In this document: in pieces, positions 27,438 to 35,749 of the stretch | How the letters are laid out: each line of letters opens with the position of its first letter | Numbering within the stretch: the stretch's first letter is position 1 | Source: Desulfobulbaceae bacterium UBA2262 | GTDB lineage: Bacteria; Desulfobacterota; Desulfobulbia; Desulfobulbales; Desulfurivibrionaceae | Length of the DNA stretch: 57,038 nucleotides | Assembly: GCA_002347185.1 (NCBI GenBank) | Contig: DDXK01000102.1 | Coordinates: 1-57,038, forward strand | Direction: 5' to 3' | Position numbers and translations under genes: made by a program | The notes under the pieces: model-generated | What the model was told of the DNA's origin: nothing | The model's database searches: none | The model's input: only the letters and a program-made list of their open reading frames with translations

Positions 27438-27651
27438 GCGTAAAAATTCCCCGGTAAGACTGATCTATGCCGCCCTGTGGGTTATCCTCTCCTGGGCGTC
27501 CTGGTCGCTGTCGGGCAACCTCGCCGCCGCCATCCTCGCCGGGGCAATCCTGGCGACCATCCTGCTGATCCCCGCGACCATACTGGTCGCAGGCCTGGCA
27601 GCGCCCTTCATCTGGATTCGCGACCTTATCGCTTCGGGTAAACGCCCCTGA
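27436..27651 (+). CDS. candidate small two-TM membrane protein, antisense orientation inside the tail module
   Basis: 71 aa (MRKNSPVRLIYAALWVILSWASW...ILLIPATILVAGLAAPFIWI...). It fills the 188-nt gap between the E' stop and the TMP start. GC3 is very high, but a minus-strand ORF (27465..27665) shares its third codon positions, so strand assignment is unresolved. Confidence 0.35.
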   Translation: MRKNSPVRLIYAALWVILSWASWSLSGNLAAAILAGAILATILLIPATILVAGLAAPFIWIRDLIASGKRP

Positions 27652-28011
27652 CCGCCTCCAGCCACGCAACCAGCTCGTCCACCGTCAAATCCAACAGCTC
27701 GCCATGCCCCCAGCTGGTATAGCTGTTCAGGACCAGCACCGCCCGCCGCAGGGCCTCCGGGCTCAGGACAAAAAACCGGAGTAGGCCTCCTGGACCTGCC
27801 GATAATCGGCCAAGTCCAGCTCCTCGATCACCGCCGGCTCCACCTCGCAGAGGTTGGCGAAGAGGCGGATCTCCTTTTCAGCGTTGCCGCCGCTCGCCTT
27901 TTCCGCGGCGAGCTGGTCCTTGACCTTGGGCCGCCGCAGCGCAAGCGAAGCGATTTCGCGACCTGCCACGGTGACAGGGTGCTTCAATTCGATGGTCGTC
28001 ATCTCTTCCAC
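27626..28011 (-). CDS. tail assembly chaperone -1 frameshift product (gpE+E'-like)
   Basis: A -1 slip at T TTT TTG continues in an open frame: ..FLVLSPEALRRAVLVLNSYTSWGHGELLDLTVDELVAWLEAVRGVYPKR*, protein-like with high GC3. Confidence 0.6.
27763..28011 (-). CDS. tail assembly chaperone (P2 gpE-like)
   Basis: 82 aa between tube and TMP; ends ...GGT TTT TTG TCC TGA with a slippery heptamer. Confidence 0.75.
   Translation of the reverse strand: MEEMTTIELKHPVTVAGREIASLALRRPKVKDQLAAEKASGGNAEKEIRLFANLCEVEPAVIEELDLADYRQVQEAYSGFLS
27769..27775 (-). other. programmed -1 ribosomal frameshift slippery site TTTTTTG
   Basis: The plus strand reads caaaaaa, 3 nt before the gpE-like stop; same heptamer class as P2 E/E'. 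Confidence 0.6.
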
Positions 28012-28056
28012 TACTCCTCGTCAAGAAAGGGCGCGGGCGACCGCGCCCGGTGATGG

Positions 28057-28560
28057 CTACAGGCCGAGATTGGCCCTCGTCGCGGCGAGCTGATCCACTC
28101 CGGCGATGACCCGCTTCATTCCCGGCACGTCGATCTCGTGGACCACCTCGCCGTCATGGGTCAGCTTGTAGTAGCGCAGGGAGACCACGGCCTTGAGTGT
28201 GGCCTTGTCGCCGGCCTTCCAGGTGCCGTAGTCGATCTCGCGGGCCTTGCCGCGCAGGTTGATCACCACCGGCGCCGTGGTGCCGTCGTCGCTCTCGATG
28301 TGGCCGCGCATGGTCATGTTGGTGACATTGCCGGCGGCCAGGCCGAAGAGCTTCAAGATCTCCTTGTCGAACTTGGTCAGGGTGAACTCGCATTCGAGCT
28401 TCTCCATGCCCATCTCAACATCCACCGGCGCGTCCATGCCGCCGCCCCGGAACTCCTCCGTCTTCATGGTGAGCTTGGGCGGGGTCAGCTCCTCGACGTT
28501 GCCGGCGTAGCCTCGGCCGTCAACAAACAGGCTCATGTTTTTCAGGATCTGGTCGAGCAT
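28057..28560 (-). CDS. tail tube protein (P2 FII-like)
   Basis: 167 aa; MSLFVDGRGYAGNVEELTPPKL...EFRGGGMDAPV.. is the typical FII N-terminus. Confidence 0.85.
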   Translation of the reverse strand: MLDQILKNMSLFVDGRGYAGNVEELTPPKLTMKTEEFRGGGMDAPVDVEMGMEKLECEFTLTKFDKEILKLFGLAAGNVTNMTMRGHIESDDGTTAPVVINLRGKAREIDYGTWKAGDKATLKAVVSLRYYKLTHDGEVVHEIDVPGMKRVIAGVDQLAATRANLGL

Positions 28561-28561
28561 C

Positions 28562-29770
28562 TTAGATCACCTCCTCGAAGTAGTCGTTCACCAGGCGGCT
28601 CCGGAAGGTCACATGCTCGGCCGGGGCCGGCGGCGTGAAGTCGAAGTCGAAATAAACCTTGCCGGCGGCCAGGGATGTGGGGGTATTCAGGTCCGGGTCG
28701 GCCCAGCACTTGCCGCCCAGGATGGCCCCGATCTGGGTGAGGTGCGAAAGGTAGGCGTTCACCCCCTCCACCACGTCCTCCAGGTAGGTCTTGGTGATGT
28801 TGCGGTCCACGGCCCACAGGTGCGCGCGCAGCAGGCTCTCGTTGATCATGTCTGCGGTGCGCACCACCGAGAGGAAGGCCCACACCGGGTCGCTCGACAG
28901 GGTGCGGTTGCCCCAGAGACGATAGCCGTTCTGGCGAATGATGGTGGCCACGTTCTGCTCGTTGAGCAGGTTGGCGCGGGCGTTGGCGTCGCCCAGGGCG
29001 AAATCGACGCTGCGGGTGGTGCCGACAATGCCGTACACCTCGCGATTGGACGGGCTCCACCAGAAGCCCCGCTCGGCGTCGCTCTTGGCGATGATGCCCG
29101 CCACCCGGGCCGAGGCCGGATCGGTGGCGATGCTGCCGTCGGCGGCGATGACCTTCACGCCGGGGTCCACCACATAGACCCGCTTGCTGCCGAAATCTCC
29201 GGCATAGGCAATGGCGTCGGCGTCGTTGCTGTCCGGGCCATCGGCGATGATCACCGCCCGCAGCCGGTCGGCGATGCCGAGCAGTTCGGAAACCACCGGG
29301 TTGGCCAGGTAGGTGCCGGGAGTGAGCGGGTCTTCCGGCCGCTCCGAGGTAAAGCCCGGGGCGCAGAGGATGCGCGGGGCGGCACCCAGTACGCTTTCGG
29401 CGGCCAGGAAGGCATGTACGCCGGTGTAAGCGCCGGTGGCGGCGTCCACTCCGCCCAGGACATTGACCAGGGTGGCGGCGGCGTCGGCACCTTCCTCGAC
29501 CCGAACCACCACCACCACGGCGCCGGCCTGGTCGAAGATGGCGTCGATGGCGTCGGGCAGGGTACCGAGTCCGGTGCCGACCGTGTCGAGCTTGGCCGCC
29601 TCCAGGCGGCTGCCGGCCACAAGCACCGGCGTGTCCACGGGGAAGGCGGCGGGGTCGGCGTTGGGGGCGGTGCCGATCAAGCCGATCACGCTGCTGCGAA
29701 CGGTTTGGATGGGGCGGGGGCCGTCGTCGATCTGGACGACCTCGACGCCGTGCAAAAAGGTCTCTGGCAT
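28562..29770 (-). CDS. contractile tail sheath protein
   Basis: 402 aa; MPETFLHGVEVVQIDDGPRPI..SSVIGLIGTAP.. sheath N-terminus; immediately upstream of the tube gene. Confidence 0.9.
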   Translation of the reverse strand: MPETFLHGVEVVQIDDGPRPIQTVRSSVIGLIGTAPNADPAAFPVDTPVLVAGSRLEAAKLDTVGTGLGTLPDAIDAIFDQAGAVVVVVRVEEGADAAATLVNVLGGVDAATGAYTGVHAFLAAESVLGAAPRILCAPGFTSERPEDPLTPGTYLANPVVSELLGIADRLRAVIIADGPDSNDADAIAYAGDFGSKRVYVVDPGVKVIAADGSIATDPASARVAGIIAKSDAERGFWWSPSNREVYGIVGTTRSVDFALGDANARANLLNEQNVATIIRQNGYRLWGNRTLSSDPVWAFLSVVRTADMINESLLRAHLWAVDRNITKTYLEDVVEGVNAYLSHLTQIGAILGGKCWADPDLNTPTSLAAGKVYFDFDFTPPAPAEHVTFRSRLVNDYFEEVI

Positions 29771-29773
29771 GGC

Positions 29774-29953
29774 TTAGTTCTCCTTCTTTCCGGCGGCCTT
29801 GGTCGCCTTGCTGGTTGCTTTTGCCCCGGGGACACGGACCTTGCCGGCCAGAAGCAGGTACTTGGCCTGCCGCTCGCTCAACTCGACCAGATCCCCGGCC
29901 TGCGCTACTCGCCCCTCCGCCTGGATGGGCTTGATTACGGTGTACTTGCTCAT
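29774..29953 (-). CDS. small gp38-like (DUF2635-like) protein, below the ORF-track cutoff
   Basis: 59 aa (MSKYTVIKPIQAEGRVAQAGDLVELSERQAKYLLLAGKVRVPGAKATSKATKAAGKKEN) translated by hand; GGGAGGAG RBS 4 nt upstream; position before the sheath gene matches Mu gp38. Confidence 0.5.
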   Translation of the reverse strand: MSKYTVIKPIQAEGRVAQAGDLVELSERQAKYLLLAGKVRVPGAKATSKATKAAGKKEN

Positions 29954-29965
29954 CGTGCTCCTCCC

Positions 29966-30184
29966 TTAGATGACCTTGCCGACATGCTCGGAGTCGGGCG
30001 CGCCGCTGGTGGTCTGCACCACGGCGTTGGCGTGGATCTCGTCAATGATCCCCTGGCAGAGCGCCTCCAGCACCAGGCGACGATAGGCCAGGGCCGCCTG
30101 GGCGTCGGAGCCCTGGACCAGGCCAACAGCCGCCACATGCGCCTCGATATAGTCGGCCATGCTTTGCTTGCTTAGCGCCATCAA
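29966..30184 (-). CDS. hypothetical protein
   Basis: 72-aa ORF between the gpV-like and gp38-like genes; start overlaps the gpV stop. Confidence 0.45.
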   Translation of the reverse strand: MMALSKQSMADYIEAHVAAVGLVQGSDAQAALAYRRLVLEALCQGIIDEIHANAVVQTTSGAPDSEHVGKVI

Positions 30185-30726
30185 AAGCTCTCCGTCACGG
30201 TGGGGCTGATGTGGGCATGCCTCTTGCCGGTGAACATGCAGAGGCAGTGGCCCTGCACCGCGCCCAGAATCTCGCCGCTGCCGCCGTCAATCTCCACGGT
30301 GCCGGCGCTCACAAGGGTGGTCTTGCCGCCCACCGTCACATCGGCGTTGCCCACCACGTTGATGGTCATGGCCCCGCTTTCGCGGTCGTACTCGCAAAAG
30401 CCCCCGTCCGCGAAGTCGATCCTGGCCACGGTCTGCCGGGCGCCGTTGGCCGGGTGGGCCGACTGATAGACGGCCGGCAGCACCACGCCCTGGGCAGGAT
30501 CGCCGCAGGGCGACAGGAGCAGCACCTGCTCCCCGACCTCCGGGGCCCACCAGCTCCGGTCATTGCTTGCCCTGGCGGTCAACCAGGGCAGCCAGGCGGT
30601 GAGCAGCTCGCCACTTTCCACCCTGACCCTGGCCGCGCCGTAGTCAGCCTCGGCCACGCTCCCGAGCCGCAGCAGGCTGTTGAGCCGCCGCTCAAGCTCG
30701 GCGAGGCGGTAATCGATCTCACTCAT
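30181..30726 (-). CDS. baseplate assembly protein V / spike (P2 gpV-like)
   Basis: 181 aa; LAELERRLNSLLRLGSV..DY..ARVRV.....T.WLPW...RAS.DRSWW.PEVGEQVLLLSP.GD...GVVL gpV signature. Confidence 0.8.
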   Translation of the reverse strand: MSEIDYRLAELERRLNSLLRLGSVAEADYGAARVRVESGELLTAWLPWLTARASNDRSWWAPEVGEQVLLLSPCGDPAQGVVLPAVYQSAHPANGARQTVARIDFADGGFCEYDRESGAMTINVVGNADVTVGGKTTLVSAGTVEIDGGSGEILGAVQGHCLCMFTGKRHAHISPTVTESF

Positions 30727-31270
30727 CGGAGGCCACCAGAAAATAGTCAGGTTCGTGCGGGATGCCGATCCGCGGCGTGAAGCCGATATACAGCTCGTGG
30801 GGCAGCACGCCCTCTCCGCTCCAGATGTCGCTGCCCAGGCGCACCAGCTGCTCCCAGGTCACCGCCCAGATCGCCACCGCCGCCCGGTCGAACTCCTGGC
30901 CGTAGAGGTTGTCGAGCCTGGTCACCCTGGCGCCGTGGCAACCGGTTTCCCCGAAGCGGCTGCCCTCGATGGCGGCAAGCACCGCCTCGGCCAGCTCCAT
31001 GGCTTGCACGCCCCGCTGGCTCCGCCCCCCGGCATGCCTGGTCAGGCAGTAGGCCGTATAGCGGCAGAGAAAATCGTACTCGCCGTTGCCGTGTTCGCCG
31101 CCCCTTGTCGCGCCCAGGCAGGCGACCAGCACCGCAGGGGCCGGCAGGCTTGCCCGCGAAAGCTCTGCGCCGGCAAACTCCCCGGCGTAGAGGTCGCAGG
31201 CCCGCAGGCCGGGCAGGGTGCTCTTCAGGTGGGACACTGCGGCCGCCTGCAACTGGGTGGGGGTGGTCAT
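30719..31270 (-). CDS. Mu gp37-like protein (DUF1834-like)
   Basis: 183 aa; position after the gp36-like gene; overall pattern only. Confidence 0.5.
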   Translation of the reverse strand: MTTPTQLQAAAVSHLKSTLPGLRACDLYAGEFAGAELSRASLPAPAVLVACLGATRGGEHGNGEYDFLCRYTAYCLTRHAGGRSQRGVQAMELAEAVLAAIEGSRFGETGCHGARVTRLDNLYGQEFDRAAVAIWAVTWEQLVRLGSDIWSGEGVLPHELYIGFTPRIGIPHEPDYFLVASDE

Positions 31271-31696
31271 CTAGAGAAACCCCTTGCTCTCGTCGCGGTT
31301 CCAGATCCGGCCGCCGCTGACCATCTGCGCCCCATCCTCGCCGGCCGGATCCTGGGCCAGGGCGTCAACGCCGAGGCTCACCTTGCCGGCGGCGATCTCG
31401 CGCAGGAGCTTGCGGGCATCATCCGCCTGCCTGCTCCAGCGCTCGTCGCTGACATCGGAGCCGGTGGCCAGCACGTCGCGGGTCAGCACGCAGGCGAGGC
31501 GGGCCACGGTCAGCGGCACGGTGGAGAGCGGCAGCGCGTAGCGGCCGGCAAGGTACATGTCGATCTCCGCCGAGGCGTCGGCGATGGCCGCGCCAAGCAC
31601 GGCGGCGTCGATGACGCCAGCCCCGGCCCGGTCGGTCAACTGGAGCACGACCTGCTCGCCGAACCGCTCCACCATCTGCGCCTGGTCGCAGTACAT
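31271..31696 (-). CDS. Mu gp36-like head-tail connector protein (DUF1320-like)
   Basis: 141 aa; MYCDQAQMVERFGEQVVLQLTDR.......VL..AI.DASAEID.YLAGRY.LPL pattern. Confidence 0.7.
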   Translation of the reverse strand: MYCDQAQMVERFGEQVVLQLTDRAGAGVIDAAVLGAAIADASAEIDMYLAGRYALPLSTVPLTVARLACVLTRDVLATGSDVSDERWSRQADDARKLLREIAAGKVSLGVDALAQDPAGEDGAQMVSGGRIWNRDESKGFL

Positions 31697-31699
31697 GGA

Positions 31700-31882
31700 C
31701 TACTCCTTGCTCTTCAGCAGGGGGTCGGCCATGATGGCGGCCGCCTGGGCGGGAGAAACCTCGACCTCCCTTGCCTCGGGGCCAAACTCCAGGCCGGCGC
31801 GGAAGCGGCGCCCGCCCGGGGCGGCCACTGTCAGCTTCGTCAGCTTCTTTTCTTCTTTTTTCGTTTCGCTTTTCTCAGCCAT
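31700..31882 (-). CDS. small hypothetical head-module protein
   Basis: 60 aa, Lys/Glu-rich N-terminus, directly after the major capsid gene. Confidence 0.45.
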   Translation of the reverse strand: MAEKSETKKEEKKLTKLTVAAPGGRRFRAGLEFGPEAREVEVSPAQAAAIMADPLLKSKE

Positions 31883-31943
31883 GGCCTACTCCTTTCCTTT
31901 ATCGTTCCACCAGGGCGGCGAGGCCGCCCTGGTCATGTCCTGA

Positions 31944-32858
31944 TTACATCACCCAGGGGCTCACCAGCACGTCCACCATCTCGCGGTTGACGTTGGTGGC
32001 GCCGTTGGCCAGGCGCTCCGCCTTCACCACCTCCAGGGCCGCGGCCCGCAGGGAGGGAGGCACCACCAGCAGGGTGGGGCGGATGCCCAGGGGCCGGCCA
32101 CCGTCGGCATGGCGCTCCTGCATGGCCTGCACGGCGGCGTTGAAGCTGGTGGCGTCCAGGGCCTGCTGGCTGCGGTGGGCCATCTGCCAGAAGCCGAAGC
32201 CCACGTTGCAGCGGCTGCGCACCCCGTAGCGGTAGGTGTCCGAGGTGAACACCGCCTCGTCGTCGGCGCTGGTCAGGGCCTGAAGCTCCGGCTGGGTGCG
32301 GCGCTGGAAGATGAGCGGCTTGAGGCTGCGGGAGGTGTCGAGCAGATACCACGGAGTCTGCGGGTCCACGCCGGGCACGTCGTTGTTGCTCACCGTGCCC
32401 GCGGTGCCGGTGCCGTCCACGTTGGGATAAACCGGGTGATCGGTGTCGAAGAAGTACTGCCCGTCGTAGCACAAAGTGGAGTTGCCCGCCTTGAGCAGGG
32501 CAAAGACCAGCTCGTCGGGCTGCACGCCGGCGGCGCGGCCCATCTCGGTGAAGAGCGGGCTGTAGATGCCGAGGTTGTCGTCCTCGATGTCGGTGCGGGC
32601 CACGCCCACGGTGGACTCCCAGAGCTTGTTGGTGATCTGATAGCCCTGGGCCGCCATGTCCTTGATCACCCGGTCGCCCACCCACTCGCGGAAGGTCGGG
32701 AATTGCCCGAGCCAACCGTAGGTGTTGCTGGCCGTTGTCGAGTTGATCTCGGTGGCGATTTTGTTCCAGGCGCTTTCCGCCGAGGCGAGGCCATCCTGGA
32801 ATTGCTTCATGAATCCGGTCTTGAGAGCGCTCAGAAGCGCCGGGGTGATGATGGCCAT
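31944..32858 (-). CDS. major head subunit (Mu T/gp34-like)
   Basis: 304 aa; MAIITPALLSALKTGF...F......S.W..IAT...S....N.Y.WLG.FP..REW.G.R Mu-like capsid N-terminus. Confidence 0.85.
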   Translation of the reverse strand: MAIITPALLSALKTGFMKQFQDGLASAESAWNKIATEINSTTASNTYGWLGQFPTFREWVGDRVIKDMAAQGYQITNKLWESTVGVARTDIEDDNLGIYSPLFTEMGRAAGVQPDELVFALLKAGNSTLCYDGQYFFDTDHPVYPNVDGTGTAGTVSNNDVPGVDPQTPWYLLDTSRSLKPLIFQRRTQPELQALTSADDEAVFTSDTYRYGVRSRCNVGFGFWQMAHRSQQALDATSFNAAVQAMQERHADGGRPLGIRPTLLVVPPSLRAAALEVVKAERLANGATNVNREMVDVLVSPWVM

Positions 32859-33869
32859 TTACTTGCCCTCCTCTTTGAGTTTGACGAAATCCTCCTCGGC
32901 GATGCCGAGCTGTCTGCATACGGCGAGCTCCTCGCTGGAGAGCGCCCCCTTCTTTTCTTCCGGCGCCCTGCCTCCGCTCTGCATGCCGGAGAGGGCCGCG
33001 ATGGGCTGGGCCTGCTCGACATAGCCACGGAGGGCGGCGAGATCCTTGCCGCCCAGCTCGCGCGCCCAGGTCTCCATGGCGGGCAGCAGGCGGCCGTCGG
33101 CCAGGGCCTGCGCCACCAGCTCGCTCACCGCCCGCTCCTGGGCCGAGGCCTTGAGGACGGCCAGCTCCTGACGGATCTGCTCCACCGTCTCCACCGGCAC
33201 ATACCTGGCCGGGTCCGCCTTGCCGGCCTGCTCGGCCCGCGACTTGAGGGCGGCGATTTCGTCCCGGTCGGCCTCAAGCCTGGCGCGCAGCGCGGCGACA
33301 GCCAATCCGAGATCGTCCTCGGAATGGTCCTCGGCCAGACCCAGCAACTCCAACAGCTCCTTGTTCATGTTCTTCTCCTTTGGTTTGGTGAATCTTGCCG
33401 CCGCCAGGGCGGCCATGCCATCCAGGGCAGGGTAGTTGGTGAGCGCCGCCATGTGCAGCTCGGTCACCCACCCCTGGGCGTCAAAACTGAACACCGGCGA
33501 GATGAACCGGTACTCGCCGGCGGCTATCATGGCCCGGGCCTTTTCGGTCCACTCCACATCCACGGCGAACAGGCCCAGGCCTTCGCGCCACTCAAGCCGG
33601 GTGAACCAGCCGGCCGCCGGGGCGGGCTGGCCGTTGTGCTCGCTGTTGAGGGTCTGGTGCTCATAGTCCACCACGTAAGGCGTCTTGCGGGCGGCGGCCT
33701 GGGTCAGCAGGCGGGACGCGCTCACGGCATCCAGCCGCCATGCCTTGCCGTTTCCGGGCCGGCCGTCGCGGGCCGCGAACTCGCCGGATGGGAGGAGCTG
33801 CAACTCCCTGCCCGCGTCCGATAGCTCCAGGGTGCAAACCGCAAATTGTTTTTTCACATCTCCCTCCAT
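32859..33869 (-). CDS. head maturation protease / scaffold (Mu I/gp32-like)
   Basis: 336 aa; LLPSGEFAARDGRP...VDYEHQTL........PAAGW...LEWRE.GL.A.V.WT..A...I...EYRFISPVF signature of Mu protein I. Confidence 0.85.
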   Translation of the reverse strand: MEGDVKKQFAVCTLELSDAGRELQLLPSGEFAARDGRPGNGKAWRLDAVSASRLLTQAAARKTPYVVDYEHQTLNSEHNGQPAPAAGWFTRLEWREGLGLFAVDVEWTEKARAMIAAGEYRFISPVFSFDAQGWVTELHMAALTNYPALDGMAALAAARFTKPKEKNMNKELLELLGLAEDHSEDDLGLAVAALRARLEADRDEIAALKSRAEQAGKADPARYVPVETVEQIRQELAVLKASAQERAVSELVAQALADGRLLPAMETWARELGGKDLAALRGYVEQAQPIAALSGMQSGGRAPEEKKGALSSEELAVCRQLGIAEEDFVKLKEEGK

Positions 33870-33974
33870 GCCGGAACCGCGTTCAAAACCCGTTCAGAAT
33901 CTCTCAGATTCAACGCTCGCCATGTCGCCCATACCTGGGCATGGTTTTTTGTCGAAAATCAAACCTTGGGCCGT

Positions 33975-34433
33975 TTACGGCGCTTTTTCCAAAAACGCCT
34001 CCGAAAGGTGCTCTCCGATCAGTCGCAGCACCTCGTCCCCATCGGTGGCGGACAGCCCCAGGAAGGGCCGGGCCGGGATGTTGCGCTCGTCGCGCCCGAA
34101 CTGGTGGCTGGCTCCGTAAACCCGGTCGGTGCCGAAAAGCACCGACTCGGCGGTGGCCTGGTAGCGCAACGTGCCGGCCAGCACGTCGTCGAGCACCAGG
34201 ATCTTGCCCTTGTTGCGCTTCTTGCGCGCCTTGTACATCTCCGAGAGCGGCGCCCACGGGTCGCCCTCCGGGCTCTCCTGGGCCTTGAACCGCTCGTCAT
34301 GGGCCAGGAGCAGGTGCTCGCCGATATCGCGGAAGACCGGGAGCAGATTGCCGGCGGCCTGTTGCAGCCGCTCCAGGGCGGCGCCAATCTCATCCAGGCC
34401 CTGTACTTCGATGTTGATATTCGCGCCGGCCAT
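33975..34433 (-). CDS. virion morphogenesis protein (Mu G/gp31-like)
   Basis: 152 aa from ATG 34433 (AAGGA RBS); ...ESPEGDPWAPLSE.Y...K.......IL...G.L......Q.....V.FGT...YGA.HQFG. Confidence 0.8.
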   Translation of the reverse strand: MAGANINIEVQGLDEIGAALERLQQAAGNLLPVFRDIGEHLLLAHDERFKAQESPEGDPWAPLSEMYKARKKRNKGKILVLDDVLAGTLRYQATAESVLFGTDRVYGASHQFGRDERNIPARPFLGLSATDGDEVLRLIGEHLSEAFLEKAP

Positions 34434-34519
34434 GGTATCCTTTGTTTGTGGGGTGGCGGGTGGCTTGCGGGCCAAAACCCTCCCCTCCTGCGCACGGCGC
34501 CGCGACGCCGTGACGTCCC

Positions 34520-35746
34520 TTACTCTCTCCCGTACACCAGCATCCCCACGCGCTGTTTTTGCAGGTATCCCGGACGAACGGCCATCACCGTCCAGGCCTC
34601 CATCTGCCCCCTGCGCGCCTGGGCCACCAAGAGTTTGCCCGCCAGCTTCCCCGTCTCGACAGCCTTGATAACTCGCGTCCTCAGCACCACCTGCCCTGTC
34701 CCCTTGTGCTGCTCGAACGCTGTCCAGACCTCGAACGGGTCTAAAAAAAGCTCCCAGAGAAACGGCAGGTATTGCGATCTTGCCGGGTCGATGTGCAGGG
34801 CCAGGGCTTCGGCGTTGACATTGATCGCGCCCCCGCCAGGCAGGCGGAACACCTGCTCGGCGCCGCCGATCTCCGCCGCGATGAGGCGCCTGAGCTCCTG
34901 CCTGTCCGTGACCTTGCGCCCGATGCTTGCCCTGGCTTTATCCAGGGGGATCATCGTCGGCCGGCCATGGCTCGACCAGTCGCCGTCCGTGAGCCTGCTC
35001 CAGGCTCCCGCCTTGGCTGCCTGCCATGTTTCCATCGCTTCCGCCGACAACCGCCGCCCCCAGGCCGCGGTGCCCGGGTTGTAGGCGAACCCGGGGTCAA
35101 TGCCTTTCGGCACCCGTACCGTGCGCGGGCTCGGGCCGCGCACGCCGACAGCCTTCTCCTCCCACTCGATCTTGGGCGCCTGGCTCACGGCGAGGCCCAT
35201 CCGTTCGGCGTCCGCCGCGCTGATCATCCGCTTGCGGCACTTGCAGCCCCACCCGTTCTGTGGGGTATGCGTGTCCCACCATGGGTCGTCCAGGGGCAGG
35301 ACCAGACCATCCCAGGCAAGATGTTCCGGGCGGGGGTCCTGGCTGCCGCCGTGCCGGTAGAGGCCGTAGGGCCGCCGTTTGCGCAGCTCCGGGTCCGCCA
35401 TCTGCGCTTCACGGCCAGCCGAGTAGCTTTGCCGCAGGTTGGTTTCGTAAATGACGCGGGTGCGCCAGTTGCGGCCGCCCTTGTAGCTCCAGCCCCGGCG
35501 CTCGACAATGGCGTCGAAGTCCCGGCGGAACTCCTGGAGCGTCGCGCCATCGGCGATGGCCTTATCCACCGCGGCCCGCAGATCGGCGAGCAAATCGTCC
35601 TTCATCGCCCCGGCCACGACAAAGGCCCGGCTGTGCATGCCTTCCCAGAGGTCGGTCCAGGCCCTGGTCGGCAAGTTGACCTTGTCCCGGAAAAACTCGA
35701 TCTGCTCCGCAAAGGGCAGGCTGCCGTAGCGCGCTTCCCCGGCCAT
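34520..35746 (-). CDS. Mu F-like minor head protein (gp30 / SPP1 gp7 family)
   Basis: 408 aa; LPFAEQIEFFRDKVNLPT..W.D......H..AF.VAGA......L.DL..A...A...G.TL..FR.DF. Confidence 0.85.
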   Translation of the reverse strand: MAGEARYGSLPFAEQIEFFRDKVNLPTRAWTDLWEGMHSRAFVVAGAMKDDLLADLRAAVDKAIADGATLQEFRRDFDAIVERRGWSYKGGRNWRTRVIYETNLRQSYSAGREAQMADPELRKRRPYGLYRHGGSQDPRPEHLAWDGLVLPLDDPWWDTHTPQNGWGCKCRKRMISAADAERMGLAVSQAPKIEWEEKAVGVRGPSPRTVRVPKGIDPGFAYNPGTAAWGRRLSAEAMETWQAAKAGAWSRLTDGDWSSHGRPTMIPLDKARASIGRKVTDRQELRRLIAAEIGGAEQVFRLPGGGAINVNAEALALHIDPARSQYLPFLWELFLDPFEVWTAFEQHKGTGQVVLRTRVIKAVETGKLAGKLLVAQARRGQMEAWTVMAVRPGYLQKQRVGMLVYGRE

Positions 35747-35749
35747 GGC

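Noticed and set aside
27465-27665. 66-aa minus-strand ORF in the E'-TMP gap.
   Set aside because: It is Ala/Arg-rich and overlaps the E' extension by 40 nt. It shares third codon positions with the more protein-like plus-strand two-TM ORF. It cannot be excluded without expression data.
33870-33974. Anti-CRISPR (acr/aca) locus between the G-like morphogenesis gene and the protease/scaffold gene, the classic position in Pseudomonas Mu-like phages.
   Set aside because: The interval is only about 105 bp and has no ORF. No small HTH aca-like gene follows.
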